DNA of 61,502 nt, the filler included, from Bdellovibrionota bacterium (lineage in GTDB: Bacteria; Bdellovibrionota; Bdellovibrionia; Bdellovibrionales; JAEYZS01): the NCBI GenBank assembly GCA_963169515.1. It is 7 parts of 7 records of this genome, joined end to end, with 100 filler letters (N's around TTAATTAATTAA, not from the genome) between each part and the next. Parts side by side here need not be neighbours in the genome. Positions count along the whole stretch, not along the records: positions 58,280 to 61,502 come from CAUJEF010000163.1; 6 more parts are not named here. One strand, 5' to 3'. A model generated the notes under the pieces. It was not told where the DNA came from. It worked only from the letters and a program-made list of their open reading frames with translations, and made no database searches. A program made the translations under genes and the position numbers. Shown piece by piece: positions 59,154-61,502 of this stretch (the first letter of the stretch is position 1; each line of letters begins with the position of its first letter).

Positions 59154-59889
59154 ACTTATACTTTCTCCAATACAATCCTGCGATTACAACCGCTCCCAAC
59201 CCAAGACCAATCGCCTTAAACCACAAAAATACAAAATCCGCCATCACCCCACTCACAGCAACCTGAAATGGACGAATAATATGTCGAATCGGATTTAATT
59301 CGAACAACCACCTATACCTTTCGTCGATAAATTCCACGGGATAGATGATGGGCGTCAAATAGAAAAGAAAGTTCATTACAAACGTCATAATAAATCTTGT
59401 ATCCCAGAAAAAAATTTGGAGCGTTGCCATAAACATTACCATTCCGACAGTAAACAGAAGTAGAGGCACTGCGCACAGGGGCAGCAATATCCCTCGACTC
59501 AGTTCAAAATTAAAAATGAAGGCGCTCAGGAAAAAAATCAAAATCATAGCTACTATGAAGTTAATAAAATTATCCCAAATCTGAGATATCAAAATCACAA
59601 ACGGATGAATCGGAAAAGACTTCAATAATCGGTTTGAATTCATAAATATACTTGTTCCTGTTTCAACAGATTGAACAATAAATATCCATGGTATTAACCC
59701 ACTCAATAAGAACAGAGGGTAATGTTCTACATTGATCTTCAATATATAATGAAAAACAAGTGCTTGTGCCCCAAAGACCATAATGGGATTAAGTATTACC
59801 CAAAGAAACCCTGTGATCGTATTGCGATATCTCGATTTCATATTGGCAACGACTAGGCTTTTGGCTTGCTGCAGCCAAAATTTTTTCAT
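59131..59889 (-). CDS. Wzm-like polysaccharide ABC transporter permease
   Basis: RYRNTITGFLWVILNP, FYLTPIIYP, LNP; AGGAGG before ATG 59889. Confidence 0.9.
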   Translation of the reverse strand: MKKFWLQQAKSLVVANMKSRYRNTITGFLWVILNPIMVFGAQALVFHYILKINVEHYPLFLLSGLIPWIFIVQSVETGTSIFMNSNRLLKSFPIHPFVILISQIWDNFINFIVAMILIFFLSAFIFNFELSRGILLPLCAVPLLLFTVGMVMFMATLQIFFWDTRFIMTFVMNFLFYLTPIIYPVEFIDERYRWLFELNPIRHIIRPFQVAVSGVMADFVFLWFKAIGLGLGAVVIAGLYWRKYKYEFYHSL

Positions 59890-59995
59890 AGGCAACCCTC
59901 CTAATCCAAAATTATAGTTGTAGTGGACTGCTCTGAACAAGGTCTTTAGTGGAGAGACCTGACTCAGAGAATACAAACTTTAGTCGAGGTACTAA

Positions 59996-60868
59996 GTGCG
60001 GCATCTTCAATCTCTAGAATCTGAAGCTATCTTTATTCTACGCGAAACAGCGGCACTTTTTAAAAAAGCCGTTATACTTTTTTCTGGCGGTAAAGATTCC
60101 GTGGTCTTAACTCATCTTGCAGAGAAAGCTTTTTATCCCTTTCCGATGCCATTTGAATTTTTGCTTATAGACACGGGACATAATTTCCCAGAAACTTTGG
60201 AGTTCATTTCTAATCAAATGAAACAAATTAATAAGACTCTTTTAGTTGGATCCGTAGAAAAGATTATGCAAAAAAAGGGACTGGTTTTGCCCCCATTCCA
60301 GAGCAGAAATGCACTCCAATCTGTTACACTTATGGAAGCCATCCATAAATATGCCTTTGATGCCGTTATTGGTGGAGCTCGACGCGATGAAGAAAAGGCA
60401 AGGGCTAAAGAACGCATATTTTCTATAAGAGGCCCTACAGGCGCCTGGGAGCCAGAGAGCCAACAGCCCGAACTATGGATGGTATTCGGCGCTAGCCTGT
60501 GCAAGGGGCAGCATATGCGTGTCTTTCCCCTCAGCAATTGGACGGAACTGGACATTTGGGAATATATCAATCAAGAAAACCTCACCGTTCCTTCCATTTA
60601 CTTTAGTCATGCGCGAGATTGCATTTTGCGGGGAGATGTTCTTATGCCAAAGTTCGGAACACAATCCATTGAGTCAAAAAATCTCAAGGTCCGAGTAAGA
60701 ACTGTCGGTGATATGCTTTGCACAGCAGTCTTTCCGTCTCACGCCTCAACTATCAAAGAGGTCATAACAGAATTAAATAAATCCAGAATTTCCGAACGTG
60801 GCCTAAGAATGGACGACAGGGTTTCAAAGTTTTCAATGGAAGAACGAAAAAAAGAAGGCTACTTCTAA
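59996..60868 (+). CDS. cysD: Sulfate adenylyltransferase subunit 2
   Basis: LESEAIFILRE, SGGKDS, GGARRDEEKARAKER, KKEGYF. Confidence 0.96.
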   Translation: MRHLQSLESEAIFILRETAALFKKAVILFSGGKDSVVLTHLAEKAFYPFPMPFEFLLIDTGHNFPETLEFISNQMKQINKTLLVGSVEKIMQKKGLVLPPFQSRNALQSVTLMEAIHKYAFDAVIGGARRDEEKARAKERIFSIRGPTGAWEPESQQPELWMVFGASLCKGQHMRVFPLSNWTELDIWEYINQENLTVPSIYFSHARDCILRGDVLMPKFGTQSIESKNLKVRVRTVGDMLCTAVFPSHASTIKEVITELNKSRISERGLRMDDRVSKFSMEERKKEGYF

Positions 60869-61502
60869 TGGATCTCCTAAAGTTTGTCATCGTCGGCAGC
60901 GTTGACGATGGAAAAAGCACCTTATTAGGCCGCTTGCTTTTAGATAGCGGAAGCCTCTGCGACGATCAAATTAGAGACCTCAAATCAATTTCACTTGCCC
61001 ACATTACAGACGGATTGAGGTCCGAGCGTGAGCAAGGAATAACAATGGATATTGCATACCGATACTTTTCAACATTAGGGCGACGTTTTGTCGTTATTGA
61101 TGCGCCTGGGCATTTCGAATATATTTCAAAAATGATCACAGGTGCAACCCAAGCTAATTGCGGAGTTGTAGTCGTTGATGTGGAACGGGGCATACAGTCA
61201 CAGACCAAAAAGCACTTATGGCTTCTCGCTCTTCTCGGTATCGATGACCTTATTTTTTGCATAAATAAAATGGATGCAGTCCAATATTCTCAGTCTCGCT
61301 TCAAAGAATTGGCAGAACAGCTCACTTTATTGCTAAACACACTAGATATTCGCCACGTTTCATTTATTCCCGTTGCAGCGATTTACGGCGACAATATTGT
61401 TTTTAAAAGTGCAAATTCACATTGGTACAATGGGGCACCCCTTCTAAAAACACTCCAAGATATCAAAAGCACACCTCCTGTGTTTGAGACTCGAGTGCTC
61501 AT
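60868..61502 (+). CDS. cysN: Sulfate adenylyltransferase subunit 1 (GTPase), 3' partial (not in ORF track)
   Basis: GSVDDGKSTLLGRLL, EREQGITMDIAYRYF, DAPGH, NKMD; TAATG overlap with cysD. Confidence 0.95.
   Translation, partial: MDLLKFVIVGSVDDGKSTLLGRLLLDSGSLCDDQIRDLKSISLAHITDGLRSEREQGITMDIAYRYFSTLGRRFVVIDAPGHFEYISKMITGATQANCGVVVVDVERGIQSQTKKHLWLLALLGIDDLIFCINKMDAVQYSQSRFKELAEQLTLLLNTLDIRHVSFIPVAAIYGDNIVFKSANSHWYNGAPLLKTLQDIKSTPPVFETRVL

Noticed and set aside
152..61262. Many short ORFs antisense to or nested in recognised genes (e.g. 5876-6499, 46887-47501, 58534-59097, 60966-61262)
   Set aside because: Shadow frames of well-supported genes, with no independent motifs
1..61502. tRNA, rRNA or known riboswitch genes
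   Set aside because: No cloverleaf or rRNA signature was recognised by eye; tRNAscan-SE/Infernal would be needed to exclude them formally

Overview
This is not one locus. It is seven contigs joined by six artificial 100-bp N44-TTAATTAATTAA-N44 linkers, most likely from a metagenome bin of a Bdellovibrionota-like predator (inferred from gene content, a YQNC lipoprotein and glt/agl-type gliding genes). Contig 1 (1-13196): TolB-like fragment, mutY, agmatinase-family gene, three tandem pilin-like paralogues, alaS-recX, pgpA-cinA-recA, a CDF transporter and a subtilase fragment. Contig 2 (13297-25599): a GNAT/DUF1778 toxin-antitoxin islet, RCC1-Ig lipoprotein, Ser/Thr kinase, hydrolase, CPA2 antiporter, FAD oxidase and a TPR fragment. 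Contig 3 (25700-29160): an acyltransferase and an apparently complete IS110/IS1111-type element that truncates a secreted-protein gene. Contig 4 (29261-32493): Bacteroidota-like TlpA/SGNH/ATP-grasp genes, possibly bin contamination. Contig 5 (32594-46393): gliding motility cluster, MFS, ttcA and rsmI. Contig 6 (46494-58179): flgFGAHIJMNKL-csrA, a lytic transglycosylase, trmH and a REC-GGDEF protein. Contig 7 (58280-61502): wzm/wzt and cysDN. Best leads: (i) a candidate bridge/seekRNA donor-binding loop readable in the IS 3' non-coding region; (ii) three pilin-like proteins sharing an unnamed Cys-rich GGDEGGG/RGDD domain; (iii) GGA-loop hairpins (CsrA-type sites) inside the flagellar operon that ends in csrA; (iv) a REP-like repeat family including a perfect 40-bp palindrome. 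All calls come from motif recognition by eye; no database searches were run.
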